This document shows positions 8,705-16,535 of a stretch of DNA of 64,000 nucleotides, one piece after another (position 1 is the first letter of the stretch; the number at the start of each line of letters is the position of its first letter). The position numbers and the translations under genes are program-made. The notes beneath the pieces were generated by a model that had not been told where the DNA came from, did not search any database, and worked only from the letters and a program-made list of their open reading frames with translations. The DNA comes from Candidatus Dormiibacterota bacterium. GTDB taxonomy: Bacteria > Chloroflexota > Dormibacteria > DASZGP01. The stretch spans positions 13,435-77,434 of the forward strand of contig DASZHA010000081.1 in assembly GCA_035938265.1 (NCBI GenBank), in the 5' to 3' direction.

Positions 8705-9294
8705 CGTTGGTCGTCGCCCTGACCGAGCAACCCAGTGCCCTGTGGTACTTCGCCCGGGCCTCGGGCTTCGTCTCATTGCTGCTGCTGGCCGCCACCGTGG
8801 CCCTCGGCCTGGTACTGGCGATGCGGTGGCGCAACACTGTCTTTCCCACCTTCCTCAGCGAGGGCCTCCATCGCTACCTGACGACGGTGGTCTACGTCTT
8901 CCTCGCCATCCACGTGCTCACGCTCTGGCTCGACCCCTTCGCCAAGTTCTCGCTGGCCGACGTCCTGGTCCCCTTTGTCTCCAGCTACCGGACCTTCTGG
9001 ATGGGACTCGGCATCTGCGCCATGGAGGTCTCCCTGGCGCTGGGCCTGAGCATCTACATCCGTCCCCGAATCGGTTACCGGGCGTGGCGCGGGCTCCACT
9101 ACGGCACCTACGCCACCTTCCCCGTCGCCCTGCTCCACGGCCTTTTCACAGGCACCGACACCGGCGCCTGGTGGGCGGTGGCGATCTATGCCGTAAGCGG
9201 ACTACTGGTCGCCGGGCTCGCGGTGGCGCGGGCAGCCGACCTTTTGACGCCTGGCCATTCCCTGCCAGGGGCCGAGGGCTCAGCCGGGTCGTAG
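8701..9294 (+). CDS. Ferric-reductase-like / MsrQ-like transmembrane heme-b protein (TM domain only)
   Basis: 197 aa with an ATGA overlap to apbE. It has about 6 TM helices with paired His on two helices (LHRYLTTVVYVFLAIHVL; GLHYGTYATFPVALLHGLF), as in the ferric-reductase TM family. Confidence 0.7.
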   Translation: MTLVVALTEQPSALWYFARASGFVSLLLLAATVALGLVLAMRWRNTVFPTFLSEGLHRYLTTVVYVFLAIHVLTLWLDPFAKFSLADVLVPFVSSYRTFWMGLGICAMEVSLALGLSIYIRPRIGYRAWRGLHYGTYATFPVALLHGLFTGTDTGAWWAVAIYAVSGLLVAGLAVARAADLLTPGHSLPGAEGSAGS

Positions 9295-9304
9295 CCTCCG
9301 CGGC

Positions 9305-9475
9305 CTAGGAGCCGAAGGCCAGTCGCTGAGCCTCGATCAGGGCGATCGCCAGGATGACGGCGATCAGCACCAACACCATCAACACGTTCCACCGAGGGTG
9401 GCCGACTTTGACGGGGATGAAGCCCATTCTGCCCGGGCTGGAACGGTCTTCTGGGGTTTGGGCCATGGGTGCCAT
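9305..9475 (-). CDS. Small single-TM protein (hypothetical)
   Basis: Track ORF 9305..9520. The codon bias only looks coding in the 3' two-thirds. ATG 9475 has GGAG about 7 nt upstream. Product: MAPMAQTPEDRSSPGRMGFIPVKVGHPRWNVLMVLVLIAVILAIALIEAQRLAFGS. Confidence 0.35.
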   Translation of the reverse strand: MAPMAQTPEDRSSPGRMGFIPVKVGHPRWNVLMVLVLIAVILAIALIEAQRLAFGS

Positions 9476-9577
9476 CGCACTCTCCGAAATGTTTGGTCCG
9501 GCCCCACCAATCTGCGCCACCCGCCGCCAGAAAGCAACGCTTTCCGTCCGACCGGCGAGTTTGCTCCTCCAGGCACC

Positions 9578-9601
9578 GTGACGGAAATGTCACAAGTGAC
9601 A
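9578..9601 (+). promoter_or_regulatory. Cluster of GTGAC/GTCAC half-sites, including the 14-bp perfect palindrome TGTCAC-AA-GTGACA (9588-9601)
   Basis: GTGAC(9578-9582)-N6-GTCAC(9589-9593)-N2-GTGAC(9596-9600), in a locally AT-richer intergenic stretch just upstream of the PAS-EAL gene. Confidence 0.3.
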
Positions 9602-9657
9602 CAAGAGCGTCCCACGGGGCCGAACACGCGGGAGAATGCGGACCAGGTAGAACGGCT

Positions 9658-10782
9658 GTGGCAGTACAGAGCAGTGGGGCGCGGCTCGAAACCCCCAACG
9701 GATCGCACGCCAACACCAAGAGGTTCTTCGACCTCTCGGTCGACATGCTGTGCATCGCCGGCACCGACGGCTACTTCAAGCACGTCAACCGCAGCTGGAG
9801 CCGGATCCTGGGATACAGCGCCGAGGAGCTGATGTCCATCCCCTACCTCGACTTCGTCCACCCCGATGATCGGGACCTCACGATTGCCGAAGCCACCAAG
9901 CTCGCCCTCGGCTTCGAGACGGTCCACTTCCGGAACCGTTACCGCTGCAAGGACGGCTCCTATCGCTGGCTGGCGTGGACCGCCGGCGGCGCCCAGGGCG
10001 ACGTCATCTACGCCGGGGCCCGCGACATATCCCTGGAGATGGAGGCGCAGGAAGAGGAGCTGATGGAGACCCTGCAGCGCCTGCAGCGGATCAACGCCAT
10101 GCTCTCCGGCCGCAACTGCTCGATGCGCTTCCAGCCGATCGTGGATTTCCGCAACGGCGACGTCATCGGCATGGAGGCGCTGGCCCGGTTCAAGGCCCCC
10201 CCGCGTCAGCCGCCGGACCACTGGTTTGCCGAAGCGGACGCCGTCGGACTGCTGCCGGAGCTTGAGATGGCGGCCATCGAGGCCGCGATACCCAATGTGG
10301 CCGCAGTGCCCAGGGGCCAGTTCCTGTCGGTCAACGTCTCGCCGGAGACCCTCCTGACCAAGGACTTCTCCCACATCATCGAGAACATCGACGGTACGCG
10401 ACTGGTCGTCGAGGTCACCGAGCACGCCGCGGTGCACGACTACAAGCAGCTCAACATGGCGATCGCCCAGCTGCGCCAGCACGGCATCCGCCTGGCCATC
10501 GACGACGCCGGCGCCGGCTTCAGCAGCCTGAAGCACATCATCAGGCTGGTGCCGGACTTCATCAAGCTCGACATGTTCCTGACCCGCGACATCCACGTCG
10601 ACCCGGTCAAGCGCGCGTTGGCCACAGCGATGGTGGGCTTCGCCTCGGACATCGGCTCTAGGCTGATCGCCGAGGGCGTGGAGACCGCGCGCGAGCTCGA
10701 TGCCCTGGGCGACATCGGCTTCCAGCAGGCCCAGGGCTTCTTCCTCGGCCGGCCGGGACGGTCGATCATCCAAGCCAACTAG
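9658..10782 (+). CDS. PAS-EAL c-di-GMP phosphodiesterase-type protein
   Basis: Track ORF 9469..10782. The start is uncertain; GTG 9658 is chosen because the upstream part overlaps the small minus-strand gene and has poor codon bias. PAS: FFDLSVDMLCIAGTDGYFKHVNRSW...YRCKDGSYRWLAW. EAL: FQPIVD..., EALARF, EVTEH, DDAGAGFSSL, AEGVE, QGF. Confidence 0.8.
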   Translation: MAVQSSGARLETPNGSHANTKRFFDLSVDMLCIAGTDGYFKHVNRSWSRILGYSAEELMSIPYLDFVHPDDRDLTIAEATKLALGFETVHFRNRYRCKDGSYRWLAWTAGGAQGDVIYAGARDISLEMEAQEEELMETLQRLQRINAMLSGRNCSMRFQPIVDFRNGDVIGMEALARFKAPPRQPPDHWFAEADAVGLLPELEMAAIEAAIPNVAAVPRGQFLSVNVSPETLLTKDFSHIIENIDGTRLVVEVTEHAAVHDYKQLNMAIAQLRQHGIRLAIDDAGAGFSSLKHIIRLVPDFIKLDMFLTRDIHVDPVKRALATAMVGFASDIGSRLIAEGVETARELDALGDIGFQQAQGFFLGRPGRSIIQAN

Positions 10783-10826
10783 ACCCTCGCTCTCTCCCTT
10801 GCTGCCGTGAGCTGACCGCTGGCCGA

Positions 10827-11837
10827 CTAGGGCGCGCCCAGCACCACCTCGATGTCGAGGGCACGAAGGCCGTCGATCAGCTGGACGGCGGGCACCTGGC
10901 GGTTGACGGGGACCAGCCCGGTCAGCGGCTGCCGGCCGGCAACGATTGCCTCCACCGCCAGCACTGCCGGCAGCACCGCCACCAGGTAGCTGCGCCGGCG
11001 GGCGGTCAGGCTGCTTCGCCACACCTCCCCCCCGCCGCCGGCGACCTCGACCCCGACCCCACCCATGCTCGACCCCAGTCGCCGAGCCAGCCACACACCC
11101 ATGGGGGCCATCCGCCTCGCGAAACCCCCGCCACCGGGCACCTGCGAGGCAACTCGGAGAACGCCGTTGGCGCCAGGCGCGTTGGTATCGACCCAGAAGT
11201 CCACGTCGGCCAGTCCCGGCCACGCCACTGGCAGGGTGACCGCGTCGGCGCTCTCTGTCAGGTAGCCGCGGACTCGACCGCGGCCCAGCGGCATGTGGAA
11301 GTCGCGGTGCTCCGACCAGCCACGCCGGGTGACCAGGCCTCCTCCTCGCCGGAGCCGGATCGGAGCCCCCACCGAGCGCAGCACCGATGCCGCCGTCCCC
11401 GGTGTCGACGTCTGGCGGCTGGCCGGGGCCAGGCAGACCGAAACCCGCCTGGGATCGGTTACGCCACTGGCCTCGACCATCGCCGCGGTCACCACCGAGA
11501 CCGAGCTGCAGCAGTTGACGACCCGGGTGCCGGCGGTCTCGATGCGCTCGCGCCGACCAGCGACCTCGACGGCGTAATCAAGGGCGTCGCAGAGATCGAC
11601 GACGTCAGCGCCGACCTCGGCGGCGGCATCGACGAGGGCCATGCCCCGGCCCTGGTAGGGCCCGGCGGCGTCGACGACCACGTCACCCGGCTGGAGGTAC
11701 GCGCGCAGGGATCCCGGGGAGCTGGCGTCGGCGTCCGATCGCGCGGGCGCCAGGGGCTCCAGGCCCCGCTCGCGCAGGAGCCGAAGAGCAGCGGCGCCAA
11801 AGAAACCCGCCGCGCCCAGGACGACGATGCGGCTCAC
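10827..11837 (-). CDS. Saccharopine-dehydrogenase-like NAD(P)-binding protein
   Basis: Track ORF 10827..11963 trimmed to GTG 11837 (VSRIVVLGAAGFFGAAAL = Rossmann GxxGxxG). The GTGA overlaps the stop of the upstream membrane-protein gene. Confidence 0.65.
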   Translation of the reverse strand: MSRIVVLGAAGFFGAAALRLLRERGLEPLAPARSDADASSPGSLRAYLQPGDVVVDAAGPYQGRGMALVDAAAEVGADVVDLCDALDYAVEVAGRRERIETAGTRVVNCCSSVSVVTAAMVEASGVTDPRRVSVCLAPASRQTSTPGTAASVLRSVGAPIRLRRGGGLVTRRGWSEHRDFHMPLGRGRVRGYLTESADAVTLPVAWPGLADVDFWVDTNAPGANGVLRVASQVPGGGGFARRMAPMGVWLARRLGSSMGGVGVEVAGGGGEVWRSSLTARRRSYLVAVLPAVLAVEAIVAGRQPLTGLVPVNRQVPAVQLIDGLRALDIEVVLGAP

Positions 11838-12829
11838 GCCAGCCGGCGACCCATGACCACGCACCAGGGGCAGAAGAGGCCGAAGAGGACGGCGGTGCAG
11901 ACGGCAACACCGGCAAAGCTGTGCAGCAGGGTGGCGGCACTCAGCCCGTAGCCGGCGGCCCACATGGTCCAGGTCCAGGCGGCGAACCAGCCCTGGATGC
12001 CGCGCGTGCCGAGGGTCAGCAGCGTTCCCGCGACCGTGTAGAGACCGTTGCCCAACCCCCCGGTGAGGAGGGCCGCCGCCGGCGCGACCACCGCCAGGTC
12101 CATCGGCAGCCAGCCGATGTAGAGGGCCTCAGCGGTGAGGTCGAAGGCGATGCCGGCGCACGCCACCAGCAGAGCCGCCAACGCCAGCCGCCGGTTGGTC
12201 ACCCTGCTGCCCCACCAGGCGAGGAAGCCGACCAGGCTCAGGGCGGCGGCAACCCAGACCGCCCAGCCGCCGCGCCACAACACCTGGTGCTCGGTGATGA
12301 ACCTGGCGCGGGCCGCCTCGTCACCGCCGACCTCGGTCCCAGGCCGCAGGACCAGCGCGAGGACGCCGGTGGCCACAAGGTTGAGGGCGCCGCAGGCGTA
12401 GGGCGCGATCGCGCGCAGGCGGGCGCCGATCGCCCGGCCCTCCAACAGGAAGAGGCCGAACGGCAACCACCAGACGACGTCGTTGAAGATGACCAGCGGC
12501 AGGGTGCGGACCGGGAGCTGCTCGGTTACCACCACGGTGAAGACCCAGCCGACCGGGCCGATGACCTTGCCCAGGAGGCCGATGGCGATGAAGGGTGCGG
12601 CGCGGTCGAGGCGGAGGGCGGCGTAGGCGTAGCCCAGGCCATAGAGGCCCAGCACCATGCCCAGCACCTGCCAGACCGACGTGTAGTTGATCCGCGGGAT
12701 CTGGAAGAGGTCGAAGAAGGCGTTGGGCAAGAGCCCCGCCCAGATTCCGAAGGCACCGTTGTACAGCGCAGCCAACACCAAGCAGAGGCGGTAGTTCCGG
12801 GCGCGTTGGGGGTCGATGCGGGCGGGCAT
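11834..12829 (-). CDS. Polytopic membrane protein of unknown function (8-10 predicted TM helices)
   Basis: Track ORF 11834..12943, probably starting at ATG 12829 (MPARIDPQRARNYRLCLVLAALYNGAFGIW...). Strongly hydrophobic and Trp-rich, with no motif I recognise. Confidence 0.55.
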   Translation of the reverse strand: MPARIDPQRARNYRLCLVLAALYNGAFGIWAGLLPNAFFDLFQIPRINYTSVWQVLGMVLGLYGLGYAYAALRLDRAAPFIAIGLLGKVIGPVGWVFTVVVTEQLPVRTLPLVIFNDVVWWLPFGLFLLEGRAIGARLRAIAPYACGALNLVATGVLALVLRPGTEVGGDEAARARFITEHQVLWRGGWAVWVAAALSLVGFLAWWGSRVTNRRLALAALLVACAGIAFDLTAEALYIGWLPMDLAVVAPAAALLTGGLGNGLYTVAGTLLTLGTRGIQGWFAAWTWTMWAAGYGLSAATLLHSFAGVAVCTAVLFGLFCPWCVVMGRRLA

Positions 12830-12930
12830 GCGGGTAATTGCAGCATGGGCGAAGGGCGCGGATGCCACGCAGGCGCCAGGTCTGCCCGCGCGGTTGTACT
12901 GGGGGACAATACGAACTGGAGGTTGCAGCC

Positions 12931-14052
12931 ATGACAGAGACACAGACCCTGGAGCCGAAGGTCGACCACATGCCCATCGAGGCCGTCGACCACGTGACCC
13001 TGTGGGTGGGGAACGCCCGCCAGGCGGCGCACTTCTACCAGACCGCCCTGGGCTTCGACCTGGTCGCCTACGGCGGTCCCGAGACGGGCATCAAGACGCT
13101 GGCCAGCTACGTCCTGCGCCAGGGCCAGGTGACGCTTTTGGTGACCAGCGGCCTGGACCCCGACAGCCCGATTTGCAGGTTCTGCCTGGAGCACGGTGAC
13201 GGCGTTCGTGTGATCGCGCTGCGCGTCCCCGACCCCAAGAAGGCTTTCGAGGAGGCCGTCCGGCGTGGCGCGGAGGCCGTCGAGGAGCCGCGCGTCGACG
13301 AGGACGACAAGGGCCGCACCGGGGTCAGCAGCATCCGCATGTACGGCGACGTGATCATGCGCTTCGTCGAGCGCCGCGACTACCCGGGGGTCTTCTGGCC
13401 CGGGTTCGAGGCGATACCCGGCGCCACCGCCAAGCACAGGGGCGTCGGGATCTCAGCCATCGACCACATCGTCGGCAACGTCGAGCTGGGCAAGATGAAC
13501 CAGTGGGTGAAGTGGTTCGAGGACGTGCTCGGCTTCGAGCTGATGCAGCACTTCACCGACGAGGCCATCACCACCGAGTACTCGGCGCTGATGAGCAAGG
13601 TGATGCAGAACGGCTCAGGGAAGATCAAGTTCCCCATCAACGAGCCGGCCCAGGGTAAGCGCAAGTCGCAGATCGAGGAGTACCTCGACTTCAACAAGGG
13701 TCCCGGCGTGCAGCACATCGCATTGATCACCGGCGACATCGTCGCCACCGTGGGCGCCCTCAAGCAGCGAGGCCTGGAGTTCCTGACCGTGCCCGGGACC
13801 TACTACGACGACCTCTGGCAGCGTGTCGGCCCCATCCGCGAGGACGTCAAGGCGATCGAGCAGCTCAACATCATGGTCGACCGCGACGACGAGGGCTACC
13901 TGCTGCAGATCTTCACCAAGCCGGTGCAGGACCGGCCGACGCTGTTCTTCGAGGTGATCCAACGTCGCGGCTCGCGCGGCTTTGGCGAGGGCAACTTCAA
14001 GGCCCTCTTCGAGGCCATCGAGCGGGAGCAGGAGAAACGGGGCAACCTCTGA
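12931..14052 (+). CDS. hppD: 4-hydroxyphenylpyruvate dioxygenase
   Basis: Track ORF trimmed to ATG 12931, with GGAGG 9 nt upstream. MTETQTLEPKVDHMPIEAVDHVTLWVGNARQAAHFY... and the C-terminus FFEVIQRRG..GFGEGNFKALFEAIEREQEKRGNL are classic HPPD. Confidence 0.9.
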   Translation: MTETQTLEPKVDHMPIEAVDHVTLWVGNARQAAHFYQTALGFDLVAYGGPETGIKTLASYVLRQGQVTLLVTSGLDPDSPICRFCLEHGDGVRVIALRVPDPKKAFEEAVRRGAEAVEEPRVDEDDKGRTGVSSIRMYGDVIMRFVERRDYPGVFWPGFEAIPGATAKHRGVGISAIDHIVGNVELGKMNQWVKWFEDVLGFELMQHFTDEAITTEYSALMSKVMQNGSGKIKFPINEPAQGKRKSQIEEYLDFNKGPGVQHIALITGDIVATVGALKQRGLEFLTVPGTYYDDLWQRVGPIREDVKAIEQLNIMVDRDDEGYLLQIFTKPVQDRPTLFFEVIQRRGSRGFGEGNFKALFEAIEREQEKRGNL

Positions 14053-14053
14053 G

Positions 14054-15250
14054 CTAGTCCGTGGCCGCGGGCCGGATCGTCCCGCTTACCTCGCCGAACC
14101 CGATCCTGGTGCCGTCCGGCCCGGGCGCGCTGGCGGAGATGATGACGGTGTCCCCGTCCTCGAGGAAGGTGCGGCTGGAGCCGTCTCCCAGCTCGACGGG
14201 GTCGCGCCCGTTCCAGGTGATCTCCAGCAGCGATCCCCACTCCTCGCGGGCCTCTCCCGAAACCGTGCCTGAGGCGTAGAGGTCACCGGTGCGCACGCTG
14301 GCGCCGTTGACGGTCATGTGGGCCAGCTGCTGCGCCGGGGTCCAGTACATGCCGGCGAAGCGGGGGTGCGACAGGGGCCGGCCGTTGATGCTGACATCGA
14401 GGTCTATGTCGAGGCCATAGAGGTGGTCGCCGCCCAGGTAGGGCAGCGGGGCGGGGTCCTGCCGCGGCGCGGCGACGTGGGCCGCATCGAGTGCCGCCAG
14501 GGGCACGACCCAGGCCGATATCGACGTGGCGAACGACTTGCCCAGGAAGGGGCCAAGGGGGACCGTCTCCCAGGCCTGTAGGTCGCGCGCGCTCCAGTCG
14601 TTGACCAGCACCACGCCGAAGACGTGGTCCTCGAAGGCCCGGGTCTCGACCGATCTCCAGTGGTCGGAGCCGACGCCGACGACGAAGCCGACCTCGGCTT
14701 CGATGTCCAGCTTCTGGGAGGGCCCGAACTCGGGGGCGCCATCCGCGCCACCGCGTCGCTGGCCCTGGGGCCGCGTGATCGGGGTGCCCGAGACGACAAC
14801 CGTGCCGGCGCGGCCGTGGTAGCCGACGGGCAGGTGGCGCCAGTTGGGCTGCAGCGGCTCCTGGTCGGGCCGGAAGATGCGGCCCACGTTCTGGGCGTGG
14901 TGCATCGAGGAGTAGAAGTCGACGTAGTCGGCGACGTCGAATGGCAGCTGCAGCGTGATTTCTGACAGCGGCAGCAGCGCGGGCTCCACCGTCGTCCGCC
15001 GTCCGGGGTCGGTTAACAGGTCCACGATTCGCGCCCGGGCGTCCTGCCACCCGCCCCGTCCCCGAGCCATGAAGGCGTTGAGCGACGGTTGGGCGAAGAC
15101 GTCGTCGCCCAGGGCTCGGGCCAAGTCGAGGACGTGGTCGCCGATGCCCACCCCCACGCGCGGCGCCGCCTGGCCCTGGGCGAAGACCGCGTAGGGCAGG
15201 TTCTCGATGCCCCGCTGGGTCCCGGGCGGGAGCTCCACCCAGGTGGTCAT
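14054..15250 (-). CDS. fahA: Fumarylacetoacetase
   Basis: 398 aa. N-terminus W..LP.G...GIENLPYAVF, followed by FAH-fold C-terminal domain motifs. Convergent with hppD across a 1 nt gap. Confidence 0.9.
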   Translation of the reverse strand: MTTWVELPPGTQRGIENLPYAVFAQGQAAPRVGVGIGDHVLDLARALGDDVFAQPSLNAFMARGRGGWQDARARIVDLLTDPGRRTTVEPALLPLSEITLQLPFDVADYVDFYSSMHHAQNVGRIFRPDQEPLQPNWRHLPVGYHGRAGTVVVSGTPITRPQGQRRGGADGAPEFGPSQKLDIEAEVGFVVGVGSDHWRSVETRAFEDHVFGVVLVNDWSARDLQAWETVPLGPFLGKSFATSISAWVVPLAALDAAHVAAPRQDPAPLPYLGGDHLYGLDIDLDVSINGRPLSHPRFAGMYWTPAQQLAHMTVNGASVRTGDLYASGTVSGEAREEWGSLLEITWNGRDPVELGDGSSRTFLEDGDTVIISASAPGPDGTRIGFGEVSGTIRPAATD

Positions 15251-15262
15251 CGGTCCAGCGCG

Positions 15263-16468
15263 CTAGGCGCTGAGGCCGGGGCCGGCGTCGTGTTTGGTCG
15301 CCGATCCCTTGGCCCAGGTCCAGGCGTAGTTGTCGTCCTCCGACTCTCGGGCGGCCGGCCCCAGGTGCAGCGGCCTGAAGGTGTCGATCATCACCGCCAG
15401 CTCGTCGGTACCGGGCTTGCCGATGGCGGCCTCCACGCTGCCGGGCTGAGGACCGTGGGTGAAGCCCGAGGGGTGAAGGCTGATGGAGCCCAGCCCGATG
15501 CCGGCGCCCTTGCGCGACATGAAGTCGCCGCCCACGTAGAAGAGCATCTCATCAGAGTCGACGTTGGCGTGGTTGTAGGGCACGGCGATGGCCCTGGGGT
15601 CGAAGTCAAAGGGCCGCGGGCAGAAGGAGCAGATGACGAAGTTGGGGCCCTCGAAAGTCTGGTGGGTCGGGGGTGGCATATGGAAGCGCCCCACCCGCGG
15701 CTCAAATGCGTGGATCGAGAAGGCGAAGGGGTACAGGCAGCCGTCCCAGCCGACCACGTCGAAGGGATGCTGCAGGTAGGTCATACGTGTCAGGCCGGCG
15801 CGGTGGCGGACCAGCACCGGCACGTCGTCGCCGGCTACGAGCAGCGGCTCTGACGGAGCGCGGAGGTCGCGCTCGCTGTAGGGCGCGGACTCGAGGAACT
15901 GGCCGGTCGCCGAAAGGTAGCGGCGCGGCGGGCGGATGTGGGCGGAGGCCTCGAAGACCAGCGCCCTCACCGGCTCGTCGCCCGTCGGCACCCACCGGTG
16001 CGTGGTCGACGTGGGGATGACGACATAGTCGCCGGCGCCGACGTCAAGCCCGCCGTACACCGACTCGAAGCGCGCGCTGCCGGTTTCGACGTACACGCAC
16101 TCATCGCCGATAGCGTTGCGGTAGAGCTCGCTGGCGCTGTCGGCGACGGCGTACAAGATGCGCACATCGTCGTTGCCGAGGAGCAGCTGCCGTCCGCCCA
16201 CGAGGTCGCCCCCCACCGCCAGGTCGTGGGTCTTGAAGTGGCGGGGCTTGAGCGGGTGATTGGGAGTCAGCTTGGTGGCGTCGGCCGGGACATCGACGGC
16301 CTCGGAGGCGACGATGGCGGTTGGCAGGCCACGGTGGTAGAGGAGCGAGGCGTCTGAGGAGAAGCCCTCCGCTCCCATCAGCTCCTCGGCGTAGAGCCCA
16401 CCATCCGGGGTTCGGAACTGCATATGACGCTTGGGCGGGACTTGGCCGACCCGGCAGTAGTGGCCCAT
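15263..16468 (-). CDS. hmgA: Homogentisate 1,2-dioxygenase
   Basis: Track ORF 15263..16813 trimmed to ATG 16468 (MGHYCRVGQVPPKRHMQFRTPDGGLYAEELMGAEGFSSDASLLYH...), with ATG 16423 as the alternative. The upstream part of the track ORF is antisense to the acyl-CoA synthetase gene. Confidence 0.88.
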   Translation of the reverse strand: MGHYCRVGQVPPKRHMQFRTPDGGLYAEELMGAEGFSSDASLLYHRGLPTAIVASEAVDVPADATKLTPNHPLKPRHFKTHDLAVGGDLVGGRQLLLGNDDVRILYAVADSASELYRNAIGDECVYVETGSARFESVYGGLDVGAGDYVVIPTSTTHRWVPTGDEPVRALVFEASAHIRPPRRYLSATGQFLESAPYSERDLRAPSEPLLVAGDDVPVLVRHRAGLTRMTYLQHPFDVVGWDGCLYPFAFSIHAFEPRVGRFHMPPPTHQTFEGPNFVICSFCPRPFDFDPRAIAVPYNHANVDSDEMLFYVGGDFMSRKGAGIGLGSISLHPSGFTHGPQPGSVEAAIGKPGTDELAVMIDTFRPLHLGPAARESEDDNYAWTWAKGSATKHDAGPGLSA

Positions 16469-16535
16469 GATTGCGGAGCATACTGCGCTCGAGGTTTGGT
16501 GGGACCGTGCGCCGGCTTTCATCGGAGGTGAGTCG

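Noticed and set aside
9578-9593. GTGA-N8-TCAC read as a CRP/cAMP-receptor site, tempting given the nearby cyclase
   Set aside because: The CRP-family consensus is TGTGA-N6-TCACA. The spacing here is 2 nt too long, so I report it only as an unassigned dyad.
9379-11223. 614-aa minus-strand ORF spanning the PAS-EAL gene and part of the saccharopine-dehydrogenase-like gene
   Set aside because: It is Arg/Gly/Ala/Pro-rich low-complexity translation, antisense to a gene with unambiguous PAS and EAL motifs. This is the typical stop-free antisense frame of high-GC DNA.
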